A DNA stretch of 64,000 nt, taken from positions 7,040,001 through 7,104,000 of the forward strand of contig JASGJH010000001.1 in assembly GCA_047601445.1 (NCBI GenBank). Reading direction: 5' to 3'. The position numbers and the translations under genes were made by a program. How positions within the stretch are numbered: the stretch's first letter is position 1; every line of letters begins with the position of its first letter. A model generated the notes under the pieces. It saw nothing but the letters and a program-made list of their open reading frames with translations. It made no database searches and was not told where the DNA came from. This document shows positions 28,782 through 38,420 of this stretch, in pieces. This stretch comes from Myxococcales bacterium. Its GTDB lineage: Bacteria; Myxococcota_A; Polyangia; Polyangiales; DASUME01.

Positions 28782-30062
28782 ATGTCGTATTTCCGTACTC
28801 AAAATTCCCTCAGTCTTTGTCTCGCTTTCGCGCTCGTCGGAGCGTGTGCGACAAACGATTCAGGTGCGCCGAGTGAAGGTTCCTCCGACAACGGCGACGG
28901 ACAAGACCACCTGATCGATCCCGCGACGGGCGACGATGACTCCGATGCTTCGGACGACCCCGAGAGCTCCGGTGACGGCGACGCGCCGACCGATGAAGGC
29001 AGCAACGCGGACGCCGGCACGGATGTCGGCACCGCGCCCCGTGACGGCGGGACCAAGCCGCCCACCGGTGGCAGCACAACTACGCCCAAGCCCGACGCTG
29101 GGACGGGCACGACCGTGGCCGACACCATGTACGTGAAGGGCCGTCTGCTCTACACACCCTGCGGCGAAAAGATCGTGCTGCGCGGTGTGAACCATCCGAC
29201 GCTGTACATCGATCGCGCCGGCGCTGCGCTGCCCGAGATCGCCAAGACCAAGGCCAACGCCGTGCGTCTTTTCTGGTACGCGAACAACGGCGTATCGATC
29301 ACCGAGGCCGAAGGGGCCATCAAGAAGGCTATCGAGAACGGCATGGTGCCAATCCTCGAGATGCACGACGCCACCGGGCCCAGCTCGTGGGGCCAGCTCA
29401 GCTCCATCGTGTCCTACTGGACCAGCTCCGAGGCCGTGGCGCTGATCAAGAAGTACCAGCACCGCATGATCGTCAACATTGCCAATGAGGCGGGGCCCGA
29501 GGGCGGCCAGAACTACGACGACTTCGAGTCCAAGTACAAGGACGCCATCACCAAGATCCGCAACGCGGGCATCAAGGTGCCGCTGATGATCGACGGCAGC
29601 GGCTGGGGTCGCGACTCCGAGGTGCTGCTTCAGAAGGGCCCGAGCCTCGTGTCCCACGATCCGCAGCACAACATCCTGCTCTCCTGGCACTCGTACGACT
29701 CGATCAGCCGTCAGCAGATCGCGGCGGTGTACGATCGCGCCGTGAAGGCCGACCTGCCGCTGTTGGTGGGTGAGTTCGCGAACAAGTCGCCCAACGGCGG
29801 CTGCGGTCCCGTCATCGACTATCTCGGGATCATCGGCGAGGCCCAGACCCGTGACATTGGCTGGCTGGCCTGGTCGTGGGGCGACAACAACCCCGGCAGC
29901 GTGTGGAACACCGACTGCAACGAGTTCGACATGACCAGCACCTTCTCCTTCGACACTCTCCAGAGCTGGGGCAAGGAAGTGGCCGTGACCGATGCCAACA
30001 GCCTGACCAACAAGTCCGTGCGTCCGGCCTCGTTCGCCAAGACCACCGCGACCTGCAACTGA
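28782..30062 (+). CDS. GH5 glycoside hydrolase lipoprotein (beta-mannanase-like)
   Basis: GAC lipobox; LRGVNH, EMHDATG, NIANE (acid/base), VGEF (nucleophile), WLAWSW. Confidence 0.88.
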   Translation: MSYFRTQNSLSLCLAFALVGACATNDSGAPSEGSSDNGDGQDHLIDPATGDDDSDASDDPESSGDGDAPTDEGSNADAGTDVGTAPRDGGTKPPTGGSTTTPKPDAGTGTTVADTMYVKGRLLYTPCGEKIVLRGVNHPTLYIDRAGAALPEIAKTKANAVRLFWYANNGVSITEAEGAIKKAIENGMVPILEMHDATGPSSWGQLSSIVSYWTSSEAVALIKKYQHRMIVNIANEAGPEGGQNYDDFESKYKDAITKIRNAGIKVPLMIDGSGWGRDSEVLLQKGPSLVSHDPQHNILLSWHSYDSISRQQIAAVYDRAVKADLPLLVGEFANKSPNGGCGPVIDYLGIIGEAQTRDIGWLAWSWGDNNPGSVWNTDCNEFDMTSTFSFDTLQSWGKEVAVTDANSLTNKSVRPASFAKTTATCN

Positions 30063-30083
30063 GCAACTGAGAAAGGCACGTTG

Positions 30084-30121
30084 AACGCGCGGGGGCTGAG
30101 TGCTCCCGCGCGTTTTCTTTT
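30084..30121 (+). terminator. intrinsic terminator
   Basis: AACGCGCGGGGGC-loop-GCTCCCGCGCGTT followed by TTCTTTT. Confidence 0.8.
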
Positions 30122-30157
30122 CCGTCGAGGTGATGGCGCCGCGTGGTGGGGTGGCGC

Positions 30158-33100
30158 TCAGGTGCTGGTGGCGTGCGCTGCGGGTGCTGAGTTGGGGAGC
30201 TCGTTCGTGAGTCCTAACCACTCGTGCGCCCAGCGCAGGACCTTGGCGTTGTAAGGGACGACCTCGAGGAAGCTGGCGCGTAGTTTGGGGTCATCGATGC
30301 GGCCCGCGCGATGGAGCACGAGCGCGTGAGCTTCGCGCAGCTTTTGCTCGGCGACTTGCGGTTCCTCGGCCGCGAAGAAGCACTCCGCTTGCACGAGGAG
30401 AAAGAGAATGGCGTACGCAGGAAAGGGAATGGCTAGAAGGAAGACCTCCAGCGCTTCCGCGTCCTTTCGCGCGGCATGGACTTGCCTGTTGGCTAGTTTG
30501 ATCTCCGCGGCCATCGCCAGAGTGTAAGCTTTGGCGGGGGGTGACACCGCCATCGCCGCCGCTTCGTCGCATAGAGCGAGCGCTCGCGTCTGGTCGCCCA
30601 TCTTCGAGTAGAGCATCGCGAGGTCCGAGGTGGTCCAGGCGTTGTTCTCCAGCATGTCAGCCTCGCGGAAAGCGGTGACGGCGTGAACGAGCAGCCGCTC
30701 GGCTCGCGCATAGTCGAGACCTTGCAGAGCGACGTAGCCTTGCTTTTCAAGGAAGAATTTGTGCTCCGCTGGGTTGCTCTCGGGATGCTGCATGGCTTGT
30801 TGAGCCCAGGATTCGACCGCAGCGTAGTCACCTATCTGCCTCGCCGCCTCTGCCAAATAGCAAAGGGAGGAAACCTCCTCGTGCGCGGCGCCAGCCCGCT
30901 GAGCCCAGGTGAGAGCAGTCTTGGTGTGGGCTATCGTCTGGGCGACGTCGCCGTGGGCGTCTGCAACGAAGGCTTGCAGCGTAACCAATGCATGCTGCGT
31001 GCGCGGTGAGTATTCCGGCTTCGGAGCTCCTACTGCCGCGGTGAGGCGCAGCGCTAGTTCAACTTGGAGGTCAATGAACGAGTTGTAGGCTACGAGGCCA
31101 AGCGCGATGAGCTGCTCGGCATCAGCTTCGCGGTGGCATGCCTCGGCTAGCATTTCCTCCGCGATGACTTCGGTGGTGCCGCGGTCTCCGTCACGCATTG
31201 CCTTGATAGCCATGACCTGACTCGCGCGCCACCAGCCGGGTGCGCCCGTCGGCAGCCCTTGATGCGCCAGCCGCGCCCAACTGGCCGATAGCTCGTGGCG
31301 GTCGCGCCAGGAGAGAGCCTCGGCCACCATCGAGCACAGTTCGAAGAAGCGCGAACCTTGTGCGCCGCAGGTTTTCGCGCTTTCTCCGAGCCTGATCACT
31401 TCGTCGACCGCATGGGCCTCGAAGGCTCGCATGGCTGCGGCCACGTAGGCTTCCGCAGCGCGTCGCAGCTCTCCGCCGAGTTCGTAGTGTTGGGCGAGCA
31501 GCGCGGACTCGGTGTCGCCGCGCGACGCCAGCCAATGGGCAGCGAGTCGATGGGCCAGGGTGCGCTCGGAATCGACGAGCAAGGCATAGGCGGCATCGCG
31601 AACGAGAGCGTGGCGAAACACGAAGCTCCGCACGTCCCCGCTGCCGCGCTCGAAGAGCAGCTCCTTGTCGACCAATACGGCCAGCCAGCCCTCGAGATCC
31701 AGCCGCCGAGCTTCGGTGCCTAGCAGGGATTCGAGCCCTGAAAAGCGGAACTCCTGCCCGAACACGCTGGCGATGCGCAGCACGAGCTTGGCATCCTCGC
31801 CGAGCGCGTCGAGGCGAGCCTGAATCGTGCCGAGGACCGTGTCCGGCAGTTCCTGCGAGCGACTGCCCGAGGAATCGCTGCGGATCAGCTCCTCGAGGAA
31901 GAAGGGATTGCCATCGGCGCGCTCGATCAGCCAGCGGCGGCGCTCGGTGTCGAGTTGGGTGGGTAACGCCAAGATCAGTTTCTCGCATGCCTTGGCTCCC
32001 AGGCGCGACAGGTGAAGCTCGGTCAGGTTGCGCTCGACCCACAGCTTCGGAAAGCGCTCGCGTACTTCGGGACGTGCAAGCGCGAAGACCATCACGGCCC
32101 GATTCTCCAGGGTGCGCAGACAGTGCTCGAGCAGTCCCACGCTCGCCAGGTCGGCCCAGTGCAGGTCGTCGATGACGAGGACCAAGGGCTGGGTTCGAGC
32201 CAGGGCGCCGAGCCACTCGAGCCAGCTCGCGCGCACACGGTCCGCCATGGTCTGCGGGTCTTCGCGTGCCTCCCTGAGTTCCTGCCCGACGTCGACCGCT
32301 CCGTTGAGGCTGAGCACCTCGGCCAGGAAGGTCGTCACGCTTGCAGCGCGCGTCGCAGGTACCACGCGTGCAATGCCCGCACTCAGCTTCTGGCGTTTGC
32401 GCTCCGGAGCGTCGCCGGAAGCCATTCCCATCCAGTCCCGCAGCGTTGGAATCAGGGCAGAGAAGGGCGACCCGCTGCGCAGTGAATCACCGGCGCCCAA
32501 CAGCACGACGCACTCGCCGTTGGCGTCCGCTTGCCGAAGTCGCTGCAGGAACTCGAAGCGCAGCCGTGATTTGCCCGCGCCAGCCGGCGCCGTGACCAGC
32601 ACCGCGCGCGCCATGCTTTCCTCGCGGCACTCCCCCAACAGGAGGTCGAGCTGCTGAAGCTCGCGTTCGCGCCCCACGAACGGGGTCACGCTTCCGAGCA
32701 GGGTACGCGGGGTCTCGCCCCCCACGCGCTCGCGCTCGAGCACCCTGCGGCCCTGCGGTCCTCTGAGATCGAAGCGCACCTCGAGCAGGCTCGCCATGGC
32801 ATCGTCCAGTCGGATCAAGCCCTCTGGCGTCTGCTCCAGCAAGTGAGCGCCCGCCTCGAGGAGCGAGCCCATCAGAACACCCTCGAGCTGAGCTTTGCCC
32901 ATGCACACCGCAATGGGCGAGTCCGGCAGCAGCTCGCGCAGGCTCAGCGCACACTGGGCCGCGGCGTGGGCTTGTTCGTTGGGCGTCGTCTGCCGTTCGA
33001 GCAGGAGAATCAGCGCACCACTGAGCAAGCATTCGCAGCGGGCGCCGAAGCGGTGCCGAAGACCGTTCAAGATCTCCCTGACCCTGCGCTCGGAGCCGTC

Positions 33101-34060
33101 CTCCGAAGGACCGACGAAGACCGCGCTGATCACGCGTTGCTGCGCCCGTGGGCGAAGCGACGGGGCGACGCCGGTGGAGACCGCGATCTCCTGGGTTGCG
33201 ATGTTGAGAGCGATATCGCCGCTCGACGTGTACGCGAACTGGCTGGCCGATTCGATGGCCTGGAACGTGGTGCTCAACTCCGCGAAGGTCGGTCTGCGAG
33301 AGGACTCCTTCTCCAGCATGCGCAGGACCACGTTCTCGAGTGCGGGCGATACGTCCGGCCGCAGTGCATTGAGCGAAGGCGGAGCCTCGAAGCAGATCTT
33401 GCCGAGCGTGGCCAGGGCGGTATCGGCCTCGAAGGGTGGCATGCCGCAGAGGCATTCGAACAACACGCTGCCCAGGGAAAAGACGTCGGACCTGTCGTCG
33501 AGCTTGCGTGCGCCGCGGGCCTGCTCGGGCGACATGTAGAGCGGCGTTCCGAGCAAGACCCCGGTGCGGGAGAGCGGCGATTCCACTTCGGCGATGCGTC
33601 GGGCCAGGCCAAAGTCGAGCAGCTTGACGTCCTCCACGCGCCCACGTGGCAAGAAGAGGTTGGCGGGCTTGATGTCGCGATGTACGAGCCCGCGCTCGGC
33701 GATCGCTTGCAGGCCGGATACGACCCGGGCCGCCAGCTTCGCGACGTCGGCTAGTGTGAGCCAGCCGGTGCGCAGTCGGGTCAAGAGGGTGTGACCCTCC
33801 AACCACTCCATGACCAGGAACGCCTTGTCCGACTCCGCGCGCCCGTGCGCGATGTAACGAACGAGGTTCGGATGGCGAACCTCCGCCAGGAGCGCGGCCT
33901 CCCGCTCGAAGCGACCGACCTCGACAGTGCCCTCTTGGTGCAGGAGCTTGATGGCGACCTCGCGGCCGTGTGCGTGGTCGAGGGCTCGGTAGACCGTGCC
34001 GAAGCCGCCTGAACCTATCGCCTCGATTAGCTCGAACCGCTCCGCGACCAGGGCGCCCAT
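30158..34060 (-). CDS. Ser/Thr kinase - degenerate cyclase-like - AAA ATPase - TPR protein
   Basis: GSGGFGTVY, HRDIKPAN, DFG; FVGRERE, APAGAGKS, IDDLHWAD, GNPFFLEE. Confidence 0.9.
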   Translation of the reverse strand: MGALVAERFELIEAIGSGGFGTVYRALDHAHGREVAIKLLHQEGTVEVGRFEREAALLAEVRHPNLVRYIAHGRAESDKAFLVMEWLEGHTLLTRLRTGWLTLADVAKLAARVVSGLQAIAERGLVHRDIKPANLFLPRGRVEDVKLLDFGLARRIAEVESPLSRTGVLLGTPLYMSPEQARGARKLDDRSDVFSLGSVLFECLCGMPPFEADTALATLGKICFEAPPSLNALRPDVSPALENVVLRMLEKESSRRPTFAELSTTFQAIESASQFAYTSSGDIALNIATQEIAVSTGVAPSLRPRAQQRVISAVFVGPSEDGSERRVREILNGLRHRFGARCECLLSGALILLLERQTTPNEQAHAAAQCALSLRELLPDSPIAVCMGKAQLEGVLMGSLLEAGAHLLEQTPEGLIRLDDAMASLLEVRFDLRGPQGRRVLERERVGGETPRTLLGSVTPFVGRERELQQLDLLLGECREESMARAVLVTAPAGAGKSRLRFEFLQRLRQADANGECVVLLGAGDSLRSGSPFSALIPTLRDWMGMASGDAPERKRQKLSAGIARVVPATRAASVTTFLAEVLSLNGAVDVGQELREAREDPQTMADRVRASWLEWLGALARTQPLVLVIDDLHWADLASVGLLEHCLRTLENRAVMVFALARPEVRERFPKLWVERNLTELHLSRLGAKACEKLILALPTQLDTERRRWLIERADGNPFFLEELIRSDSSGSRSQELPDTVLGTIQARLDALGEDAKLVLRIASVFGQEFRFSGLESLLGTEARRLDLEGWLAVLVDKELLFERGSGDVRSFVFRHALVRDAAYALLVDSERTLAHRLAAHWLASRGDTESALLAQHYELGGELRRAAEAYVAAAMRAFEAHAVDEVIRLGESAKTCGAQGSRFFELCSMVAEALSWRDRHELSASWARLAHQGLPTGAPGWWRASQVMAIKAMRDGDRGTTEVIAEEMLAEACHREADAEQLIALGLVAYNSFIDLQVELALRLTAAVGAPKPEYSPRTQHALVTLQAFVADAHGDVAQTIAHTKTALTWAQRAGAAHEEVSSLCYLAEAARQIGDYAAVESWAQQAMQHPESNPAEHKFFLEKQGYVALQGLDYARAERLLVHAVTAFREADMLENNAWTTSDLAMLYSKMGDQTRALALCDEAAAMAVSPPAKAYTLAMAAEIKLANRQVHAARKDAEALEVFLLAIPFPAYAILFLLVQAECFFAAEEPQVAEQKLREAHALVLHRAGRIDDPKLRASFLEVVPYNAKVLRWAHEWLGLTNELPNSAPAAHATST

Positions 34061-34172
34061 TGAGGCCTGTCATCATAGTCGTAGCGGGTCCCCGCAACCT
34101 AGCTTTACTGGGGCCTTCTAGAGTGGACTACGTTTGCCCACACCTGCCGCTGGCCGAGCTATGCTGCCCGGA

Positions 34173-34868
34173 ATGAGGACAGGCTTTCCCTCATGGTTCT
34201 TGCTGTCGATCTGCCTCGGCGCCTGCGCCAAGCCGGCCCGTGTTCAGACCCCCGCGCTGCCACCGGTCGTGGCGAGTCGCGGCTCTGCTCCGCCCGTGCT
34301 GGAGCTCTACACGGCCGAGGCGGCGCTGGACGACGCGCTGTCGGAAAGTCTGGAGTACGTGGGCACGGGCCAGTGGCATGGAACCGAGCGCACCCCGGCC
34401 TGCGTGTTTCGCAACGCTCGCGTATTCGTGGTGAACGTGTACTGCACGCCGCAGGACGCCCAGGCCGTGCAGTTCGAGGTCTTCTCGCCGCTGCGTGGCT
34501 TCGCGCGAATTTACGCCGAGTCGAAGGGGCTCGTGAGCGGACAGGCACGCGCGAGCTATTTCACGTTCATGGTCGAGAACGAGCCGGCTCCCAGGGCGGG
34601 GTCTGTGCTCGGTCCATTGCGCCTGGCGATGTCGTTTGCAGAGCTACGGGCCTACGACGAGCGGCGTTATTCGGCTTTCTTGCCGGCCTGCTACGTGGGC
34701 ACCAAGTTCGATCAGGGACAGCTGGGTTGTCTGGGAGCATTGAAGGCCCGGGCTCCGGAGTGGGCGGAGCGCAACCGAGCCTTCGTTCAGAGCGCGAATG
34801 GCGCCTGGTATTCGCTGGTCCGCACCATGCGCTCGCTCGCTGTGCGCTACGGGGCTGAACCTAGGTAG
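34173..34868 (+). CDS. hypothetical lipoprotein
   Basis: LGAC lipobox; plausible codon usage. Confidence 0.6.
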   Translation: MRTGFPSWFLLSICLGACAKPARVQTPALPPVVASRGSAPPVLELYTAEAALDDALSESLEYVGTGQWHGTERTPACVFRNARVFVVNVYCTPQDAQAVQFEVFSPLRGFARIYAESKGLVSGQARASYFTFMVENEPAPRAGSVLGPLRLAMSFAELRAYDERRYSAFLPACYVGTKFDQGQLGCLGALKARAPEWAERNRAFVQSANGAWYSLVRTMRSLAVRYGAEPR

Positions 34869-35107
34869 CTCCGCCGCCGCGTCCGACACTGCATTCGGTG
34901 CAACGAGGCAAGTTGCGACGGCGGCGCAATCCTCGAAATTACCGAAGGCTCGGCTCTCGAACACGGCCAGTCTCGCGACTACGCCGCCGTCACGGAAGGA
35001 ATTTGCCTGCGTTTCTCGAGTATTGCGAGAGGGTTCTTCGAACGCGCGCCGAACGTTCGGCGCCAGTTACGACGAACGCTCAAAGTAATTCCTCTGGACG
35101 CTCAAGG

Positions 35108-35347
35108 TCATCGACTGCGAATGCTGGGGCGAACCAACGCAGGGGTTCGCGCACACGCCTCACAGAAGCGCCGCCGAAAAGGAGCCCACGGCACCTCCAC
35201 CTCGCGGTACGACGAGCTACCGCAACCGCCACATACATCCTGGTGACCGGCCATCAGAACCACTGCGTACGTGTGGCAAGCCAACGCGGGGTCATAGCGG
35301 GCAAGTTCGAGTAGCCATTCGAAGGAGTTAGGGATCAGCTTGGCCAT
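35108..35347 (-). CDS. small putative Zn-ribbon protein
   Basis: GGAGAG RBS; CGGC...CEAC pairs. Confidence 0.35.
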   Translation of the reverse strand: MAKLIPNSFEWLLELARYDPALACHTYAVVLMAGHQDVCGGCGSSSYREVEVPWAPFRRRFCEACARTPALVRPSIRSR

Positions 35348-35724
35348 GAACTCTCTCCACGCTACGCCGATGCTCGTTGAAATGTCCATGGGACGTCCAC
35401 CGCGATGCTGCGCGGAAGCGCTGCGTTGTTGTCTCGGGTGGTGAACGACAAGCTAGAACGCAGACATCAACCGGTGGCTTGCCGACCGGGGAGACTTGGG
35501 TAGCCCGGCCGAACGTCGCGGGCGCGTGAGACGCCGACCCCCAGCGAGCGAGACACTCCCCGCCAGATGCGTGACACCTGCGAGACAACTGACGTGAAAA
35601 CGCGAAAAAAGCCCATGTTTTGAACGAGTCCATCAGGCCGGCATACGCCTTGCTGTGTCCTTGCCATCCCGGCAGCATCCGTTGCTGCGATACGTTCAAG
35701 TCCAACGCCGGGGCCCCCTTCTCG

Positions 35725-36738
35725 ATGTCGTCTGTGCAGGTCTCGCCGTTGCTTCTCCGCTGTCTGCATGCCTGCCTTGTCGGCAGGGGGAATGCGTCCG
35801 CTCAGTTCTTGGCAGAAGTGCGCCCGCGACCCCCTCTCGCTTCGCGCGGTCTTTATCAGCCCATGGATTCTGTGGAGGTCGTGCGCGCCATACGGCTCGC
35901 GTACGCGCTCGCTCAGGACCCCGCACTGGCGCTTCAAGGCGGCCGCGACCTACCTGCCCATGTCCTCGGTCTTCCCGGCTTGCTCGTGGCGGAGGCGCCC
36001 ACCTTTCGAGCTGCCCTCACCCTGCTCGAGCGCTACTGGCCTCTGCTTTGCTCGCAGGGCCGCTGCGCCCTCGTCACCGAGGGCGATCACGCGCACTTCG
36101 TTCTCGATCTGGCCTCGGTCTCCACCAACGTTCGACGGTTCGCGTGTGAGTTTGCGTTCGCATTCTTGTTACAGGTGGGGCGCAGCTTCGTCGGCCGAAC
36201 GGCCTCCCCGAATCACGTGAGCTTTCCCGATCCGGCGCCCGACTACGTCGCGCAGGTCGCAGCGTGCTTCGAGTGCGACATGCACTTCGACCGGGCCCGG
36301 GCAGAGTTCGTCTTTCCCATGGAGTGGCTCGACGTTGCCCGCGCCTTCGCTGACGAGTCGTTGGTCGAGATACTGACGGAAGAGGCCGAAGCCCTACTTT
36401 CCCGCGTTCGGCACGTCAGTCCCATGCGCTCGCGCGTGTACGGCTTGCTCATGGCAGACCCGTCCCTCACGGAAGGTGATGCCAACGCCCTTGCCAAGAA
36501 GCTTGGGATCTCCACCAGCAGGATGCGACGCGCGCTCCAAGCCGAAGGCGAGACATTGATTGCCATCGCTGATGAGGCGCGCATCGATCGGGCTCGATCT
36601 CTCCTCGCCAGAAGCGAGTTGACGATCAAAGCGATCTCCGACCAACTCGGATACTCCCAGCCCAGCGCCTTCCACCGCGCGTTCAAGCGCAAAACGGGGA
36701 TGAGCCCGCTGCAGTTTCGTCGGCAAGACGCGTCGTAG
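35725..36738 (+). CDS. AraC family regulator
   Basis: C-terminal ISDQLGYSQPSAFHRAFKRKTGMSP; start uncertain. Confidence 0.88.
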   Translation: MSSVQVSPLLLRCLHACLVGRGNASAQFLAEVRPRPPLASRGLYQPMDSVEVVRAIRLAYALAQDPALALQGGRDLPAHVLGLPGLLVAEAPTFRAALTLLERYWPLLCSQGRCALVTEGDHAHFVLDLASVSTNVRRFACEFAFAFLLQVGRSFVGRTASPNHVSFPDPAPDYVAQVAACFECDMHFDRARAEFVFPMEWLDVARAFADESLVEILTEEAEALLSRVRHVSPMRSRVYGLLMADPSLTEGDANALAKKLGISTSRMRRALQAEGETLIAIADEARIDRARSLLARSELTIKAISDQLGYSQPSAFHRAFKRKTGMSPLQFRRQDAS

Positions 36739-36990
36739 TCGAGTGCGCTGCCTTGGAAGACAGCGACGGCAGCGCGATGCTCGAACGCATTCCGACGTTC
36801 TTCTTCTCGCGCGCGACACCGGGGTTCGTCGAACGAATCCGGATCACGTCGTGCCCGTTGCGGAGCGATGTTGCCTCGTGCGCAACGGGCGTTGCCTCGC
36901 CCGTAACAGTTCGAGCAGAGCGCACGACCGATGCGCTCCAAAGTAATTACTTCGATGGCCCAAGGTAAACGCCGAGGCGAGACCGCCCCG

Positions 36991-37006
36991 TGGCACGTGT
37001 CGTGCT
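36991..37006 (+). promoter_or_regulatory. sigma54 (-24/-12) promoter
   Basis: TGGCACGTGTCGTGCT, GG-N10-GC, about 20 nt upstream of the riboswitch. Confidence 0.75.
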
Positions 37007-37027
37007 TATAAATACTCCGAGAAATAA

Positions 37028-37110
37028 CTCTCGAAATGGCAAACCCCGGGTGACCGGGAGACGCAAAGCCACGGGCTCGCGAGAGCGAGTTGGTCGGGCT
37101 ACCGAAGGAG
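37028..37110 (+). ncRNA. cyclic di-GMP-I (GEMM) riboswitch
   Basis: CGAAATGGCAAAC-CCCGG-GTGA-CCGGG-AGACGCAAAGCC...GCTCGC-GAGA-GCGAGT...GGGCTACCGAA: GNRA-capped P2, GACGCAAAGC junction and TACCG 3' motif. Confidence 0.88.
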
Positions 37111-37118
37111 CAAAGCAA

Positions 37119-38093
37119 ATGAAGATGATGATTCCAGCTGTGATGGCCCTTGCGTTGGTGGGATGCGCGGCCGAGATCGCCGACGACGGTTCCGAGCTGG
37201 CCGAACAGGACATCGTGGGAGGCAACGGGCTTCCGAAGGGCAACGGGCTTCCGAAGGGCAACGGGCTTCCGAAGGGCAACGGGCTTCCGAAGGGCAACGG
37301 GCTTCCGAAGGGCAACGGCCTCGTCGAGGGCGCTGGCCTGAGCGGCGGCAACCCGGTCTCCCTCAAGAATGCCAACGGCACGCCCAACGCGCAGGGTTTC
37401 TTGAACGCGGGCAACGGCTTGCTCGGCTACGACAACAACCAGGGCACAGAATACGGCAACATGACGGCGCAGTACCTCGTCGAATGTGCACTGCCCACCG
37501 GCCACTGCGTTGACGTGGTGGACTACGCAGGCGTGCGGGCCACCTACTGCGGCAGCTTCAACCTGGCGCCTGAGTGGGAGTTCGGCGTGTGTGACACGGC
37601 CTGCCAGGAGCGAGTCAGTGCGTGTCTGCTCGCGCGTACCAACGCCAAGGGCGAGCACGTGACCCTCGAGTTCAGCGGTAAGTTCAAGAACTCTCAGGGC
37701 GTCAACCCGCTCGGCGCCCACGACGGCTCGCTCGGCTACACCAAGCAGGAGGCCACCTTCTACGGCAACCTGTTTACGGATCCACCTCAGGCCTACTTCT
37801 GCACCGGGAAGTCGCTGGATACCTGGGGCGCCCCGGAGTGGGGCTGGTTTGGCAAGGGCGCGCTGGGAACCCGCCTGTGCGGCGGTACTTTTGGCCTCTT
37901 GCCCTTCGTTTTCGCTTCCGGCGACGACTGCGAGCAGACGTACCACTACACTGGCGACTGCAACCGCGACTACAGCGTCTACCCCTTGTATAGGCAGGAC
38001 AAGTGCACGTGGGACGGCGCAGGGCAGACGGCCGTGAGCTGCATGGCTCAGGGCCAGACCTGGAACAATCCCATCACCACCTTCCTCAAGTGA
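37119..38093 (+). CDS. Cys-rich lipoprotein with N-terminal GNGLPK repeats
   Basis: AAGGAG RBS; LVGC lipobox; YLVECAL, LAPEW, CQERVSACLLARTN, QEATFYGNLF. Confidence 0.85.
   Translation: MKMMIPAVMALALVGCAAEIADDGSELAEQDIVGGNGLPKGNGLPKGNGLPKGNGLPKGNGLPKGNGLVEGAGLSGGNPVSLKNANGTPNAQGFLNAGNGLLGYDNNQGTEYGNMTAQYLVECALPTGHCVDVVDYAGVRATYCGSFNLAPEWEFGVCDTACQERVSACLLARTNAKGEHVTLEFSGKFKNSQGVNPLGAHDGSLGYTKQEATFYGNLFTDPPQAYFCTGKSLDTWGAPEWGWFGKGALGTRLCGGTFGLLPFVFASGDDCEQTYHYTGDCNRDYSVYPLYRQDKCTWDGAGQTAVSCMAQGQTWNNPITTFLK
37221..37322 (+). repeat. perfect 18-bp tandem repeat GGCAACGGGCTTCCGAAG x5 plus a partial unit
   Basis: Read directly; encodes (GNGLPK)5 GNGL. Confidence 0.97.
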
Positions 38094-38420
38094 TGCGCGA
38101 GCAAGGCGCGGTCCTCGAGCGTCACAGCAGTCGGCCAAGCCTTGGCTGGCAACCAAGCCTAGGTTAGGCCGGCCCGCTCCAACGCGCGCTGTGATTTCTC
38201 GGGGGCCAGCAACGCCCAGGCACTTGCCTGCAAAGTCGAAGTCGCGATGCGCTTCGAGCAGCACCGCCGACGGCGGTAGCAGCTCGCGGCCCGCGGTGAA
38301 CACCTAGGCCTGTGATGTCGCCGCGGGCCGAGTTGCCGAACGTCGGACGATCGGGCTCTTGCAGAATCCTCTGAGCTCGTGAGAGCTTTCGCCAGGCTTA
38401 TTCACTAGGAGTCGGCTCCA

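Noticed and set aside
37028..37110. cGAMP-selective (GEMM-Ib) assignment
   Set aside because: The discriminator position reads G (ATGGCAAAC), not A; ligand specificity still needs testing
37221..37322. Possible CRISPR array
   Set aside because: Head-to-tail identical 18-mers with no spacers, in frame within a CDS, and no cas genes
36243..38303. Long antisense or alternate-frame ORFs (e.g. 36243-38303, 42756-44783, 13815-15470, 23182-24672, 32487-34097)
   Set aside because: Shadow ORFs typical of high-GC DNA, overlapping well-supported genes, with no recognisable motifs
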